Shown here: positions 1 to 13,255 of the stretch, in pieces
How the letters are laid out: every line of letters begins with the position of its first letter
Numbering within the stretch: the first letter of the stretch is position 1
Source: an uncultured Acidobacteriota bacterium
GTDB lineage: Bacteria > Acidobacteriota > Blastocatellia > RBC074
DNA: 64,000 nucleotides
Reading direction: 5' to 3'
Assembly: GCA_963796275.1 (NCBI GenBank)
Contig: CAWCKY010000004.1
Location: forward strand, 736,001-800,000
Notes under the pieces: model-generated
Told to the model about the DNA's origin: nothing
Databases searched by the model: none
Seen by the model: only the letters and a program-made list of their open reading frames with translations
Position numbers and translations under genes: made by a program

Positions 1-75
1 ACAATTTATACGAATTATCTTATACGAATTTGCCATTATCCATTCCTTTCCTTTCTATACCGATTACTAACTCAA

Positions 76-200
76 CCAAATCGCGTGCCAATCATTCTGA
101 TCGTTCAAATGTTGTTGTAGCTCGATTTAAGATAATGATTCAGGCTCAAACGCATCACCCGTGGTGCATTTCCGGGAATGGTGTTTCCCATTATCCGATA
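76..200 (-). promoter_or_regulatory. sigma54-type promoter (TGGCACGCGATTTGG at 76-90) with paired upstream enhancer sites (163-200), facing a gene left of the window
   Basis: TGGCA...TTGG with 10 nt between GG and GG; same architecture and spacing as at 9276, 36890 and 61037. Confidence 0.65.
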
Positions 201-212
201 AGCAGGTTTTTC

Positions 213-242
213 TTGCCGAAGCCCGTCAAATCTATATACAAT
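213..242 (+). promoter_or_regulatory. sigma70-like promoter TTGCCG-N18-TACAAT
   Basis: Equivalent TTGCAC-N18-TAAAAT precedes the paralog at 23855-23884; both are followed by GCGTTAGGGTAAG. Confidence 0.5.
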
Positions 243-373
243 GCCCGCGGTGTTCGGCGTTAGGGTAAGCGATCGATCTTTCGACTCACAAAGTACCCAC
301 TTAAATGGTGAAGCGGCCTCGGCGTAATTTCTTATTCTTCATCCGAGATGCTCAATATCCAGGAGCGGCGTCA

Positions 374-1474
374 ATGTTCAGCCTCACGCGCATCTTCCTA
401 ACCGGCGTCATAAATTTGCTATTTTTCGTCATCGTTTGCGCACAGAGTCCCTCGGTGCGCACGGCCTCGATCAGCGGGCGCGTCGCAGTCGGTGGGAAGC
501 CGGCAGGCAATGCCAGGGTGACTGCAGTCGAGGTCGAACCGAAAGTTAATGGCGCCAGAACCATCCAAGCTAATGGGCGCGAGGTCGTCGATCGGCTCGG
601 GTATAAAACTACGACCGATGCGGATGGCAGCTATCTTTTTACAAGCCTGCCGGCGGGGCGATATAAGATATCGGCAATGACACCGGCGTACCTGCCCGAG
701 GATAGAGATCAGCTGGACACTGGCGAACGACAGATAACTTTAGACGAAGGCGAAGCCCGCAAGCAGGTGGACTTCGCCTTGATACGCGGCGGAGTGATTA
801 CGGGGCGTGTGACCGATGCCGAGAGCAGGCCCCAGATCAGGGTGCGCGTCAAGTTGACCCTATTGCTCGATAATGGGCAAGAAAACGAGGTTTGGCACGA
901 AAGGCAGACGTTTACAACCGATGACCGCGGAATCTATCGAGTCTACGGCCTGCGAGCGGGACGATATATCGTCGGCGCGGGAAGCGAAAACATATCCAAT
1001 GGCAAAAAGTTTGAACTGACCTATCATCCGAACACGACCGATGCGGCACAGGCACGGATCATCGAGGTGAAAGAGGGGGGCGAGGTTGAGGGGATCGATA
1101 TCAAACTGAGGAATGCCGAAAAGACTTATGAAGTCGTGGGCCGGCTGATCGATGCGGAGACCGGAAAGGCAGTCCCGGAAATCAGAGTCTTTTGCCATAA
1201 GGTGACGGGGCCGGAAGATAACTCCGGGGGTAGCACCGTGTCGAGCGCGTTAACCGACATTCAGGGCAATTTTCGCATTACCGGAGTGAGACCAGGTAAA
1301 TACAGAGCGATATTGTGCTGGTGGGATGGAGACAATCCCAGCAAGCTTTACGACTTGAATATCGCCGATGCCGACCCGCAAATAGACTCGCCGCGTATGC
1401 GATGCCGGCTCGCCCTCCAGCTTCGCACCCACGCTGAACGGGCCTTGCCGCTGGGTGTCAGGTCCAAATGCTGA
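374..1474 (+). pseudogene. Carboxypeptidase regulatory-like domain protein, 3' truncated at about 1345
   Basis: AGGAG RBS before ATG 374; signal peptide; ISGRV/GGVITGRV/TDDRGIYR repeats; colinear with 23973..25658 up to about 1340, then runs into the antisense of the next gene. Confidence 0.75.
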
Positions 1475-2068
1475 CGAGACATCGCCGATCCGGACACGCG
1501 CGTCAACTGCGTAGCTATTCCCTTCCGGCAACCGAAGAGTGATCTCGCCGATGCTCGCGGTCGCCTGGATGTCGCCGGAGACGTTGGTGACACTCACTTC
1601 GCCGATGCCATGCTTGATAAACAGCGTGCTCTGGCGTGGTACCCTGATGATGTAGTTGAGGTTGAGATTGGTCTTCCCGCGAAACATCCGCGCCGGCGTC
1701 CACGACGGATATTTTGTATATATAACCAGCATCGCGTTTTCTTCAACCAGCTCCATCGCGACTTTGACCCGCTCCAACTCCTTTCCCGCTTTAGCGAGGT
1801 CCTTTGGCTCGTACTTCTTCTGGGTCTTCTTCGTAACAGTCAGCTCGACTTCATCTTTGTCCCAACCCTCCACTTTGACCGAACCATAGGAATCTACAAT
1901 CTGAATCGTGCCCTTGGCGCCGAATTCAAGACTCTGTTTTGTAGTTGACTCCGCATCGCGCTTTTCGACGGTCTGGGCAGGAGATGATGGACAGAGCGCC
2001 AGCCAACAAAGGAAAAGAAAAATCTGGGAGATCATTTGGCGGTTGATTCGCATAACTGATTGCTCCAT
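1250..2068 (-). CDS. DUF4097-like (adhesin-type beta-repeat) exported protein
   Basis: Signal peptide; GSVKVEGWDKDEVELTV, IRVP, GEVSV..VSGDI, GEITL repeats; last ~30 residues are read-through into the antisense of the opposing gene. Confidence 0.7.
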   Translation of the reverse strand: MEQSVMRINRQMISQIFLFLCWLALCPSSPAQTVEKRDAESTTKQSLEFGAKGTIQIVDSYGSVKVEGWDKDEVELTVTKKTQKKYEPKDLAKAGKELERVKVAMELVEENAMLVIYTKYPSWTPARMFRGKTNLNLNYIIRVPRQSTLFIKHGIGEVSVTNVSGDIQATASIGEITLRLPEGNSYAVDARVRIGDVSSAFGPDTQRQGPFSVGAKLEGEPASHTRRVYLRVGIGDIQVVKLAGIVSIPPAQYRSVFTWSHSGNAKIALNVG

Positions 2069-2099
2069 TGCATATGGAAAGCTGTAATAAAGTTCTTTC

Positions 2100-2186
2100 A
2101 GCCCGGTAACTACTTCGTAAACATGAAGTTTTTTATGGATTTCCGGGCCCCCTAAAAAACATGGTTTACGAAGTGTTTACCGGGCT
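2100..2186. repeat. 87-bp imperfect inverted repeat (MITE-like hairpin)
   Basis: AGCCCGGTAACTACTTCGTAAACATGAAGTTTTTTA pairs with TAAAAAACATGGTTTACGAAGTGTTTACCGGGCT. Confidence 0.75.
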
Positions 2187-2256
2187 ATCCGAATTGCAAC
2201 GTGTTCCGGTCTTGCCTGCTACAATTACGCAACAATGGAATGCGAAAGGTGCAAAT

Positions 2257-4713
<2,457 letters not shown>

Positions 4714-4915
4714 AGGTACTCCTTGATAACAGCTTCTTGGGAAGAAGATTCATCACATATCCCGGAAATGTCGCTCACCTGCGCGCCCTAACAGGCCACT
4801 CCCGAAGACGGGTTGATCGGACAATTCAAAAGGATGAAAGTAGATGCCATTTCAGGGTTTGTTTCTGGTAATAATTTGATCTACTTCTCCGTGTTCCACG
4901 CGTTTCTTATTTTCC

Positions 4916-6289
4916 CTATTTCGCCGCCAGATCCAGCGCCATCAGGACGCGGCGATCCCGTATGTAGAGCGTCGAGCCTGAGAGAGTCGGGGGCGTCCAG
5001 GCCGTGCGTTGGAGCAGAGACTCCCTGGCCATCACCTTAAATCCTCCCGGCCCCAGTTCGACCAATGCCAGCGCTCCATCCTCGTCCAGCAGTATCGACT
5101 TTACGCCCACTCCCAGCAGATGCGCTTTCGCAAAGCCGCGTTCCTGCCAGACCACCTGACCGCTCCGCATATTCACGCACGTCATAAACGCAGGACCGTT
5201 ATAACCGCTCGATAGGTACAGATAATTGCCATTCCGGATCACCGTGCCGAAATGTGATTGCAGCTTCTGGTTGTACCACAGCTCCTTCACCGTCGTTTTT
5301 CCACCCGACTGATGCAACTCGAGCACGCGACTTCCGTGGTTGTATGCGGAGGAGATGAATAAGAGATTCCACGGCGCCCAGACCGGCGTGCTGACCGCTA
5401 TCCCGTGCTGCGTCGGGTGGGGATGCCGCCAAAGCAACTGGCCGTTATCCGGGCTGAAGCCGATCGCCTCGGAAGCCATCAGCGCGACTACCTGCGGCTG
5501 CCCGTCCACATCGATCAAGATAGGCGACGAATAGGCATTTCCTGAATCCATACTCTTCCAGAGGACCGAGCCATCGCTCTGTCGCAGGGCGAACGCCGCA
5601 CTGTTACGCCCGCCCGCCAGAAAAATCAGGGTATCCTTGTAAGGCAACGCATGGCAGGAATATCCGAAGACCAGATGCGTTCCACCGAACTCTTTATAAA
5701 TGTTTTTTGACCAGACGGGCCGCCCAGTATTTTTATCGAGAGAATGTATCTGTCCAATGCCGCTGGCCGTCACCAGCCTGTCCCCGATGACCTGCGGCAT
5801 CGCATACGGGCCAGGCCCAACCCCTTCGGAGTAAGCGTTCGTAAACGGAGCTTCGTATGCATACTCCCACACGGTCTTGCCCGTCCGCGCATCGAGCGCC
5901 GTGACGACATCCTTCGATCCTCGCCGGAAAGCGGTATAGAGCGTCGCTCCTTCGACGGCTACTCCCGAATAGCCGTCACCGAGATCGCGGCTCCAGAGCT
6001 TGCGCGGCCCCCCGGCCGGCCAGGAAGAAGGAAGCTCCGTAGCAGGCACGATGAAATCGCGCCCACGCCCGCCCCACAGAAGCCAATCGCCCGCCGGAGA
6101 GATTCTGGCGCCCGTTTCTGTTTTTTGCCGCGATTGGTCGGATACACGCGGTTTCTGACACAGAGCTTCAATCGGCCGGGCTAAGGTAAACAGCCCGACA
6201 CCTATAATCGCTAATAGTAATTGCGTTCCGGTTAGACTTGCGGCTCGAACGCCACGCTGGCATTGTTGTTTGTACAGCTCGTTGGTCAT
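4916..6289 (-). CDS. PQQ-binding-like beta-propeller repeat protein (BamB-like)
   Basis: DWLLWGG..RD, LWSRDLGDGYS, ALDARTGKTVW, WTPPTLSG.TLYIR; N-terminal hydrophobic segment; AAGGA RBS before ATG 6289. Confidence 0.85.
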   Translation of the reverse strand: MTNELYKQQCQRGVRAASLTGTQLLLAIIGVGLFTLARPIEALCQKPRVSDQSRQKTETGARISPAGDWLLWGGRGRDFIVPATELPSSWPAGGPRKLWSRDLGDGYSGVAVEGATLYTAFRRGSKDVVTALDARTGKTVWEYAYEAPFTNAYSEGVGPGPYAMPQVIGDRLVTASGIGQIHSLDKNTGRPVWSKNIYKEFGGTHLVFGYSCHALPYKDTLIFLAGGRNSAAFALRQSDGSVLWKSMDSGNAYSSPILIDVDGQPQVVALMASEAIGFSPDNGQLLWRHPHPTQHGIAVSTPVWAPWNLLFISSAYNHGSRVLELHQSGGKTTVKELWYNQKLQSHFGTVIRNGNYLYLSSGYNGPAFMTCVNMRSGQVVWQERGFAKAHLLGVGVKSILLDEDGALALVELGPGGFKVMARESLLQRTAWTPPTLSGSTLYIRDRRVLMALDLAAK

Positions 6290-6380
6290 ATGTGAGTCCT
6301 TTTCTATCGATGTTTCTCGATCATTGCCGCGAACGGTAGTAAGCGTAATTTCCACAAATGTCTCTTGTCCCCCGTCACAA

Positions 6381-8878
6381 TTATTCGGATCGCAGAGAGA
6401 TCATCGGATCAACTTGCGCGGCGCGCCTCGCCGGCAGATAACAGGCTGCGAGCGCCACGATCGCCAGCGACAATGCGACGCCAACGAACGTGGCTGGATC
6501 GGTAGAGCTCACGCCATAGAGCAAGCCCGACATCAAACGAGTCAGGGCGAACGCCCCGATCCAGCCTGTGCCGACGCCGGCGATGACGAGAACCATTCCC
6601 TGTCCCATTACGAGCCTGAGCACATTGCCAGCCCGAGCTCCCAGCGCGATGCGAATCCCGATCTCGTGCCTCCGTTGCACAACGGAATAGGAGACCACGC
6701 CATAGATCCCGACCACTGCCAGAACGGCCGCCAGGATCGATAGCAGGTTCAGCAGGAGCGCGTTGAAGCGCGGCCGCGCGAGAGCATCCGAGACGCGCTG
6801 CTCCATCGTCATCACACTCATGATCCCCTGGGCGGAATCCAGCGCGGCCACTTCGCGACGCGCCATCGCAATAAACGGCGTGGGATCGGAGTCGGTTCGA
6901 ACCGTCACATAAGCGAGCGGATAAGAGGATTGCCGGTATGGCAGATAGACATTCCAGCGAACCTCTTTCAGATCGCGCAAGCGCGCATCTCCCGCGACTC
7001 CGACGATCGTGCACCATCCCTGACCGCCGATATTGATGCGCTTGCCTATCGCATCGACTCCCGGAGCGAAGATGCTGCGCGCCATCGTCTCGCTGATGAT
7101 GACCGCCTGTGGCGCGTGCCCGTCATCATGCTCGGTGAACTCGCGCCCGGCAGTCAGCGGAACGCCGATCGATCGCATGTAGTGCGGCGTGATGTATTCG
7201 CAGTTCAGCACCGCATTGCGCGTCACCTCATCCGGCGGTTGCCCCTCGGCCAGAAATCGCGCATTCACCCCGATCGGCCCCTCCAGCGGGCGAATAAGGG
7301 CGGCGCCGGCCGCAACCACTCCAGGCTGCTCCTCGAGGCGTTCGAGCAGTTGCTGAAAGAAATCTCTGGACTTCTCGACGCCCGGGTATCTATCGCCATG
7401 CAATTGAAGTTGGAATGTCAGTACGTTGCGCGGATCGAATCCGAGATCGACCTGCTGTAGATTCAAGAAGCTGCGAGAAGCGAGCCCGGCGCCGATGAGC
7501 AGCATCAACGTTACGGCGATCTGAGCGACTACCAGAGCGCTGCGCAGGCGATTACCCCGCAGCTCTCCCCCGACCCTGCCGCCGCCGGCGTTGAGGGCAT
7601 CGCTGAGATTGACCTTCGAGGCGATGAGCGCCGGGGCAAGCCCGCAAACAAACGCCGACAGCAACGCGATGCCACAGGTGAAGAGCAGCGCCGGAAGATC
7701 GATCTCAACCGCCTCGATGCGCGGGATGTCTGCCGGGATAAAGCCGGAGAATAGATCTACCAGCCAGAAAGCCAGCAGAATTCCCAATCCGCCCCCGGCG
7801 ACCGCCAACACAATGCTCTCGCTCATCAACTGGCGTATGAGCAGACGGCGACCGGCTCCCAACGCAGCCCGCAACGCCAACTCGCGTCGCCGCGAGGTTG
7901 CACTGGCCAGCATCAGATTGGCGATATTGGCGCAGGCGATCAAAAGCAGCAGCGCCGTGGCAGACAGCAACAGATAGAGCGCAGGACGCGCGTCACCGAA
8001 GATATGGGTAGCCAGCGGCTTGATGACAGACCGCTCATCGCTCGCCTTCATCTCGGGATATTGGGCGGCAACCCGCTTGATGATCGTGTCGAGTTCGGCT
8101 TGCGCCTGCTCCAGCGTCACCGACGGTTTCAATCGCCCGATAACCTGGAGAAACCCTATGCGACTCTCGACCAGCGCTTTTCCGCTGGTGGCCGAGAGCG
8201 GAACCCATAGATCGATCCCTCTGGGAAATTCGAATTCCGGAGGCATCACACCGACGACAGTGAAGCCGATATCGCTGAGCGTGAGCGCCTGACCGGCCGG
8301 ATTGCGCCTCGCTGCCGCTTCCAATGACGCCTGAGTTCCACCATCGTTGAGCGTGATCATTTGCCCGATCAAATCGGGATCGGAATTGAATCGACTCCGC
8401 CACAGGCGATGGCTGATGACTGTCACACTCGCTGCGCCCGGACGATCTTCGCCTGCCGTGAAGGCGCGTCCCAAGATCGGTTTGACGCCAAGCGCGGGAA
8501 AAAATCAGACGAGACCCGGGCGCTCTGGATTTGCATGGGTTCACCTCGCCTTGTCAACGTATAGCCAAAGCCATAAACCGACGTAGTCATTGCCGCGAGA
8601 TGTTCAAAAACCTGACTTTGGCTTCGCCATTCGTTAGATTCCGGAATAGATAGTTCGACGAACGAATGGTTGGTGGTTGCCTCACTCTTCCACGCGACGA
8701 CCAATTGCTCCTGTTCGCTGAACGGCAACGGGCGCAAAAGTACCGCCTGCACCACGCTGAAGATCGCCGTGTTCGCTCCGATGCCGAGCGCCAGAGTGAG
8801 GACCGCGATCAGAGTGAATCCCGGTCTCTTCAATAAAACACGAACACCATAACGCAGATCGTGAAGGAAACTTCCCAT
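6381..8878 (-). CDS. ADOP-family ABC permease with one frameshift near 8497
   Basis: ORFs 8423..8902 and 6381..8474 join as DFFP[A][11 protein letters not shown] if one G is restored. Confidence 0.85.
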
Positions 8879-9101
8879 CAACCGCCTCCTCGGGAAAAGC
8901 ATGGAGTTTCGCCTGATATCTTTGAAAAATTAATTACATCCCGCCTTCCCGCCGCGTAGCGGTAGGCTGAACTTAAGTCGGCGTTTCAATGCCATGCCAT
9001 TACTCATCCCAGATATTTGCAGCACCCGAGTTCCATAGCCCGGAAAATATAACGGGCATTGAGTAGAATCGACCGTCGTGATGGTCACGGCATATAAAAT
9101 C

Positions 9102-9145
9102 AGCCCGCGAATGCGGGCGACAGAATAAAGCCCACTACGTGGGCT
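9102..9145. repeat. REP-like palindrome doublet, family A
   Basis: AGCCCGCGAATGCGGGCGACAG...AGCCCACTACGTGGGCT; related copies at 18771 and 41100. Confidence 0.75.
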
Positions 9146-9275
9146 GACTTCGTGCATAACTTTTGGTTATGACAAGGTTTTCAACGCCAAGTGGAACCCC
9201 ATGCGCTCATCATCGCTTCAGGGCACCCGACAACAGAAACGGCGCCTCCAGAAACTGTAAAATGTTTTATATAAA

Positions 9276-9400
9276 CCAAGTCGCGTGCCAACAATTCTCG
9301 CCGTTTAATTGTTGTTCCGGCTGGATTTGAACAAACGCTGCAGAGACAAAGCGGCTGTAAATTGTTCATTTGTGGGAATGTTTTTTCCCATTAACGACCA
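9276..9400 (-). promoter_or_regulatory. sigma54-type promoter (TGGCACGCGACTTGG at 9276-9290) plus enhancer (9363-9400)
   Basis: TGTTC-N5-TGGGAA...TTCCCA begins 73 bp from the -24 box; faces the ADOP starting at 8878. Confidence 0.65.
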
Positions 9401-9607
9401 CTGACCTTTCGGCCACATTGGAGTATCGGGCAGATGAAGGGGACCAACTTGAGCTACTTATGAAAGTATCTTGGTGCGGCCGATCAAAGCAACCAGCTGA
9501 ACACCACGTGCTATTGACATTCTATATGAGCAGGCCGTAGGCTCTCCTACAGAAAATCTGTAGGAGATGAAGATCGAGAGCGTGTTAGCAACAACCGAAA
9601 GGAAAAT

Positions 9608-12256
9608 ATGCCACTGACACGTCGCCTGACCAGCCTTTGGCGCAACCTGTTCCAGAAAGATCGACTTGATCGAGAGCTGGCGGAAGAGATTCGCGTTCAC
9701 CTGGAGATGCTCATCGATTTGAAGATCGAGGAGGGGCTCGATCCGGCGGCGGCTCGTCGCGCGGCCTTGATCGAGTTAGGCGGTGAAGATCAGGTAAAAG
9801 AACGCGTGCGGGAGGCAAGGATGGGGCAGCAATTGGAGGCATTGTTGCTCGATTTGCGCTTTGGCGCACGAATGTTACGCAAAACACCCGGATTCACGAT
9901 AATGGCTATCCTCATGTTAGCGCTGGGCATCGGTGCGAACACAGCGATCTTCAGCGTCGTGAACGCGGTCCTGCTGAGGTCGCTCCCCTATCGGGATACT
10001 GAACGTCTCGTGCTGGTCAGTTATACCTGGATGAATCTGGCAATCCACACCGCTTCGGTGGAGGAGTTTCTGGAATGGCGCGATCGGGAGAACGTGTTTG
10101 AACAGATCGCCGCGTATAAGCCCGATTTCATCGATCTGTCAGGAATCGGCGAACCGGAGCGGTTGGCTGCGGCACTGGTCTCCGCCCATCTCTTTGCGAC
10201 GCTCGGCGTCACGCCAGCGCTAGGTCGCGACTTCATCTCAGCAGAGGGCGAGGACGGCGGCCCGCCGGTTGTGATTCTGAGCGATGCATTGTGGCGGCGC
10301 CGCTTCGGCAGCGATCCGCAAATGATTGGCCGGGCGATCACGCTCGGAGGTCAAAGCCGGACAGTCATCGGAATCATGCCGCCTGGGTTTCGGCACCCGG
10401 AAGATACCGAGCTATGGATACCGCTCGCGATCAATCACCAACAATCCGCTGAGATATATGCGATCGGGCGCCTCAAGCGAGGGGTGACGCAGGAAGCAGC
10501 CAGGGCGGATTTGTCGGTCATTCTCGAGCGGCGGCGGCCGGTCTCTCCCCGCCGCTATGCGGACTCGCAGGTCAGGATAATCGGGCTGAACGAGAGCCTC
10601 GTCGCCAATGTACGTTTGTCCTTGCTGGTGCTTTTCGGAGCGGTCGCATTTGTTCTTCTCATCGCGTGTGCCAATGTCGCGAACCTGCTCCTGGCGCGTG
10701 CGGCAGTCAGACAAAAGGAGGTGGCGATCCGTGCGGCATTGGGAGCCGGGCGACTGCGCCTCGTGCGACAGCTACTGACCGAGAGTTTGATGCTCTCGCT
10801 TGCCGGTGGCACTGCCGGGCTGTTGTTGGCCCACTGGGTCGTCAAACTGCTCGTGTCGATGAGTCCAGCCGGAATCGTGCGCATCGAGGAGAGCGGCGTG
10901 GATGGCCGGGTGCTCGGTTTCACCTGTGTAGTGGTAGTTTTGACGGGCATTATCGTAGGCATCTTTCCCGCGCTGCAAACTTCGAAGACGGACATCAATG
11001 AAACGCTCAAGGCGCAGCCCGCGGCAGGAAGCCCACGATCCATGCGGGGCGTGGGCCGGGCGCTTCCGGCATTGATGATCGCCGAACTCGGGCTTGCACT
11101 GGTTTTACTCGTCGGCGCCGGGCTGATGATCAAGAGCTTCCTGCTTTTGATGACTGTTCCCAAAGGGTTTAATCCCGATGGCGTCCTGACGCTCAAGGTC
11201 GCGCCCAGCTTTGTCAAATACCCGAACGGATCGCCCCAACGCGGCGCGTATTACCAGGAAGTACTCGATCGCGTTCGATCCCTGCCCGGAATTCAGTCGG
11301 CGGGGCTGACCACCAACGTTCTCCCGTTCAGCGGAATACGCCGCATCGGATATTTTCAGATCGAAGGGCGAGCCACATTTAAACCGAGTAAGGAACACCT
11401 GGTCGCTCTCAGTTTCATCAGCCCCGATTACTTTCAAACGATGGGCATCCGGATTATTGCGGGGCGGCCATTCGATACACGAGATGGCTCAGCAGCGCCT
11501 AAGGTCGCAATCATCAGTCAAGAGATGGCGGAGCGCTACTTTCCCGGAGAGAGCCCGATCGGTCATCGGTTAGTCGGTGAACCGTTCTTGACGATTGTTG
11601 GAGTGGCGGAGGACGCGCGTCTTTATGGTTTGGAAAAAGAGATTTCTCCTGAATTTTATATTCCATACACACAAATTCTGAATGTGTGGGGAAACCTTCA
11701 TCTGGTTGTGCGAGCCGCCTCCAGTCTAAATAATCAAACCAATTCATCTGCCCTGGCAAATCGGGCGACCTCCATTCGCGATCAGGTGCGCGGTATCGAC
11801 CCGGGTGAGCCGGTCAGCCAGATCGTTACGATGGACGAACTCCTGTCGAATTCGGTCGCCGGGTGGCGCTTTCAGATGCTTCTGCTCGGAGTTTTTGCAG
11901 CGTTGGCCATGGTCATCGCGACGGTAGGCATTTACGGCGTCATATCGTATGCCGTCAATCAAGGAATGCGTGAGATCGGCATTCGGATGGCGTTGGGCGC
12001 GCAAGCGAGCGATATCGTGCGGATGGTGATCCGGCGGGCAATGGGTATCGCGTCGATCGGGGTGGCGCTGGGGTTGGTGGCGGCGCTCGCCCTGACGCGC
12101 GTGCTGAAGAATTTACTTTTCGGTGTCAGCCCGACCGATCCAGCGACCTTCGCGCTCATCGCATCATTACTGATCGGCGTCGCCCTGATTGCGAGCTATC
12201 TGCCCGCGCAGCGTGCGACCAAGGCGGATCCAACAACTGTATTGAAAAGCGAATGA
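9608..12256 (+). CDS. ADOP-family ABC permease with N-terminal permease-prefix domain
   Basis: [15 protein letters not shown]...[11 protein letters not shown] prefix followed by duplicated MacB/FtsX motifs; 882 aa. Confidence 0.95.
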   Translation: MPLTRRLTSLWRNLFQKDRLDRELAEEIRVHLEMLIDLKIEEGLDPAAARRAALIELGGEDQVKERVREARMGQQLEALLLDLRFGARMLRKTPGFTIMAILMLALGIGANTAIFSVVNAVLLRSLPYRDTERLVLVSYTWMNLAIHTASVEEFLEWRDRENVFEQIAAYKPDFIDLSGIGEPERLAAALVSAHLFATLGVTPALGRDFISAEGEDGGPPVVILSDALWRRRFGSDPQMIGRAITLGGQSRTVIGIMPPGFRHPEDTELWIPLAINHQQSAEIYAIGRLKRGVTQEAARADLSVILERRRPVSPRRYADSQVRIIGLNESLVANVRLSLLVLFGAVAFVLLIACANVANLLLARAAVRQKEVAIRAALGAGRLRLVRQLLTESLMLSLAGGTAGLLLAHWVVKLLVSMSPAGIVRIEESGVDGRVLGFTCVVVVLTGIIVGIFPALQTSKTDINETLKAQPAAGSPRSMRGVGRALPALMIAELGLALVLLVGAGLMIKSFLLLMTVPKGFNPDGVLTLKVAPSFVKYPNGSPQRGAYYQEVLDRVRSLPGIQSAGLTTNVLPFSGIRRIGYFQIEGRATFKPSKEHLVALSFISPDYFQTMGIRIIAGRPFDTRDGSAAPKVAIISQEMAERYFPGESPIGHRLVGEPFLTIVGVAEDARLYGLEKEISPEFYIPYTQILNVWGNLHLVVRAASSLNNQTNSSALANRATSIRDQVRGIDPGEPVSQIVTMDELLSNSVAGWRFQMLLLGVFAALAMVIATVGIYGVISYAVNQGMREIGIRMALGAQASDIVRMVIRRAMGIASIGVALGLVAALALTRVLKNLLFGVSPTDPATFALIASLLIGVALIASYLPAQRATKADPTTVLKSE

Positions 12257-12323
12257 TTATTCGGTGTGATTCACCGATGATTCATCTGTATGCGCCTCGA
12301 TAATTAGGTACTATTTTCGTCGG

Positions 12324-13103
12324 CTATTCCACAGACAATTTATCTGAAAATCCCAGTTTGCGCCCTATATCGCGACCCTTCACCGGGACCAGTTGCCTAT
12401 GTTCCAGATGCAATTGGGTAAATGCCAGCAACATCAGATAGACGGCGCTGAAGAGAAGCGTGAACAGTCCGGAGAAGGCAATAGTTTGTAAATGCTCCAT
12501 CGGATGAAACAGACCTGCCAGCAACCCGTAAAACAAACTTTTCGGATTGGCCAACACGTCCCAGCTATTCAAGCGCAGAAAGCGTCCGACGTATAAGCCG
12601 AAACCATTCAGCGCCAGCACTCCTACCACGAATAACCAGCTGGCCGCATCTCCCACCGCCCTACGTACCAATAACTGCATCAGAAACAGAGATACCAGGC
12701 CGAGAAAACATCCGGTCCAGGCGAAGGTTACCAGCGTGATGAGATCGTACCAGAGCGGCACGCCGGGGTACGGCCTTAGATGAATAATGTCTGTGACGAG
12801 ATAGGGCGCGTTGGGTAGAAATAGCAGCCAGAGCACCGAAAGACCGATGATCGGCGGCCATCGAAGGCGCGTCGGCCACCGGTTCAGATTGTACGCGGTA
12901 AAAGCGCCCAACGCCGGCAGCCACGCGAGAAAGAGATTCCAAACCAACCAGTTCTGCGCCGAGTTGCGGTAATGCCATGCACGCAGGACGAGCAACCCGA
13001 GGCAAAGCGCAGTCGCGAATCCGAGCGAGGCGAGCACTGTCAGTTGTCTTTGGTAGCTTTGATAATCGGCGAACGAAGAAGCAAGTTTGAAACGTGTGAT
13101 CAT
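12324..13103 (-). CDS. DUF1361-family membrane protein
   Basis: WNLFLAWLP, WLLFLPNAPYLVTD.IHL, GRFLRLNSWD motifs. Confidence 0.85.
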   Translation of the reverse strand: MITRFKLASSFADYQSYQRQLTVLASLGFATALCLGLLVLRAWHYRNSAQNWLVWNLFLAWLPALGAFTAYNLNRWPTRLRWPPIIGLSVLWLLFLPNAPYLVTDIIHLRPYPGVPLWYDLITLVTFAWTGCFLGLVSLFLMQLLVRRAVGDAASWLFVVGVLALNGFGLYVGRFLRLNSWDVLANPKSLFYGLLAGLFHPMEHLQTIAFSGLFTLLFSAVYLMLLAFTQLHLEHRQLVPVKGRDIGRKLGFSDKLSVE

Positions 13104-13112
13104 ATAGAGCTA

Positions 13113-13185
13113 TTCTGTCATCACCGTTTCATTTGTGCCAGCACCATTTTCCGGTATCTTCGCTGCCATACTCATCATGCACGCC
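13113..13185 (-). pseudogene. Relic 3' end of an acetamidase/formamidase gene
   Basis: CTGTCATCACCGTTTCATTTGTGCCAGCACC... closely matches the stop region of 27952..29253 (CTGTCATCACCGTTTAATTTGTGCCAGCGCC...). Confidence 0.6.
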
Positions 13186-13255
13186 CTGGGCACGGCCATG
13201 GGCATGCCCTGGACAAAGAACATAAAACCGACAGACACAATACGGCAAACGCCTA

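Noticed and set aside
6-30. TTATACGAATT direct repeat at the window edge
   Set aside because: Only two copies and the context is cut off
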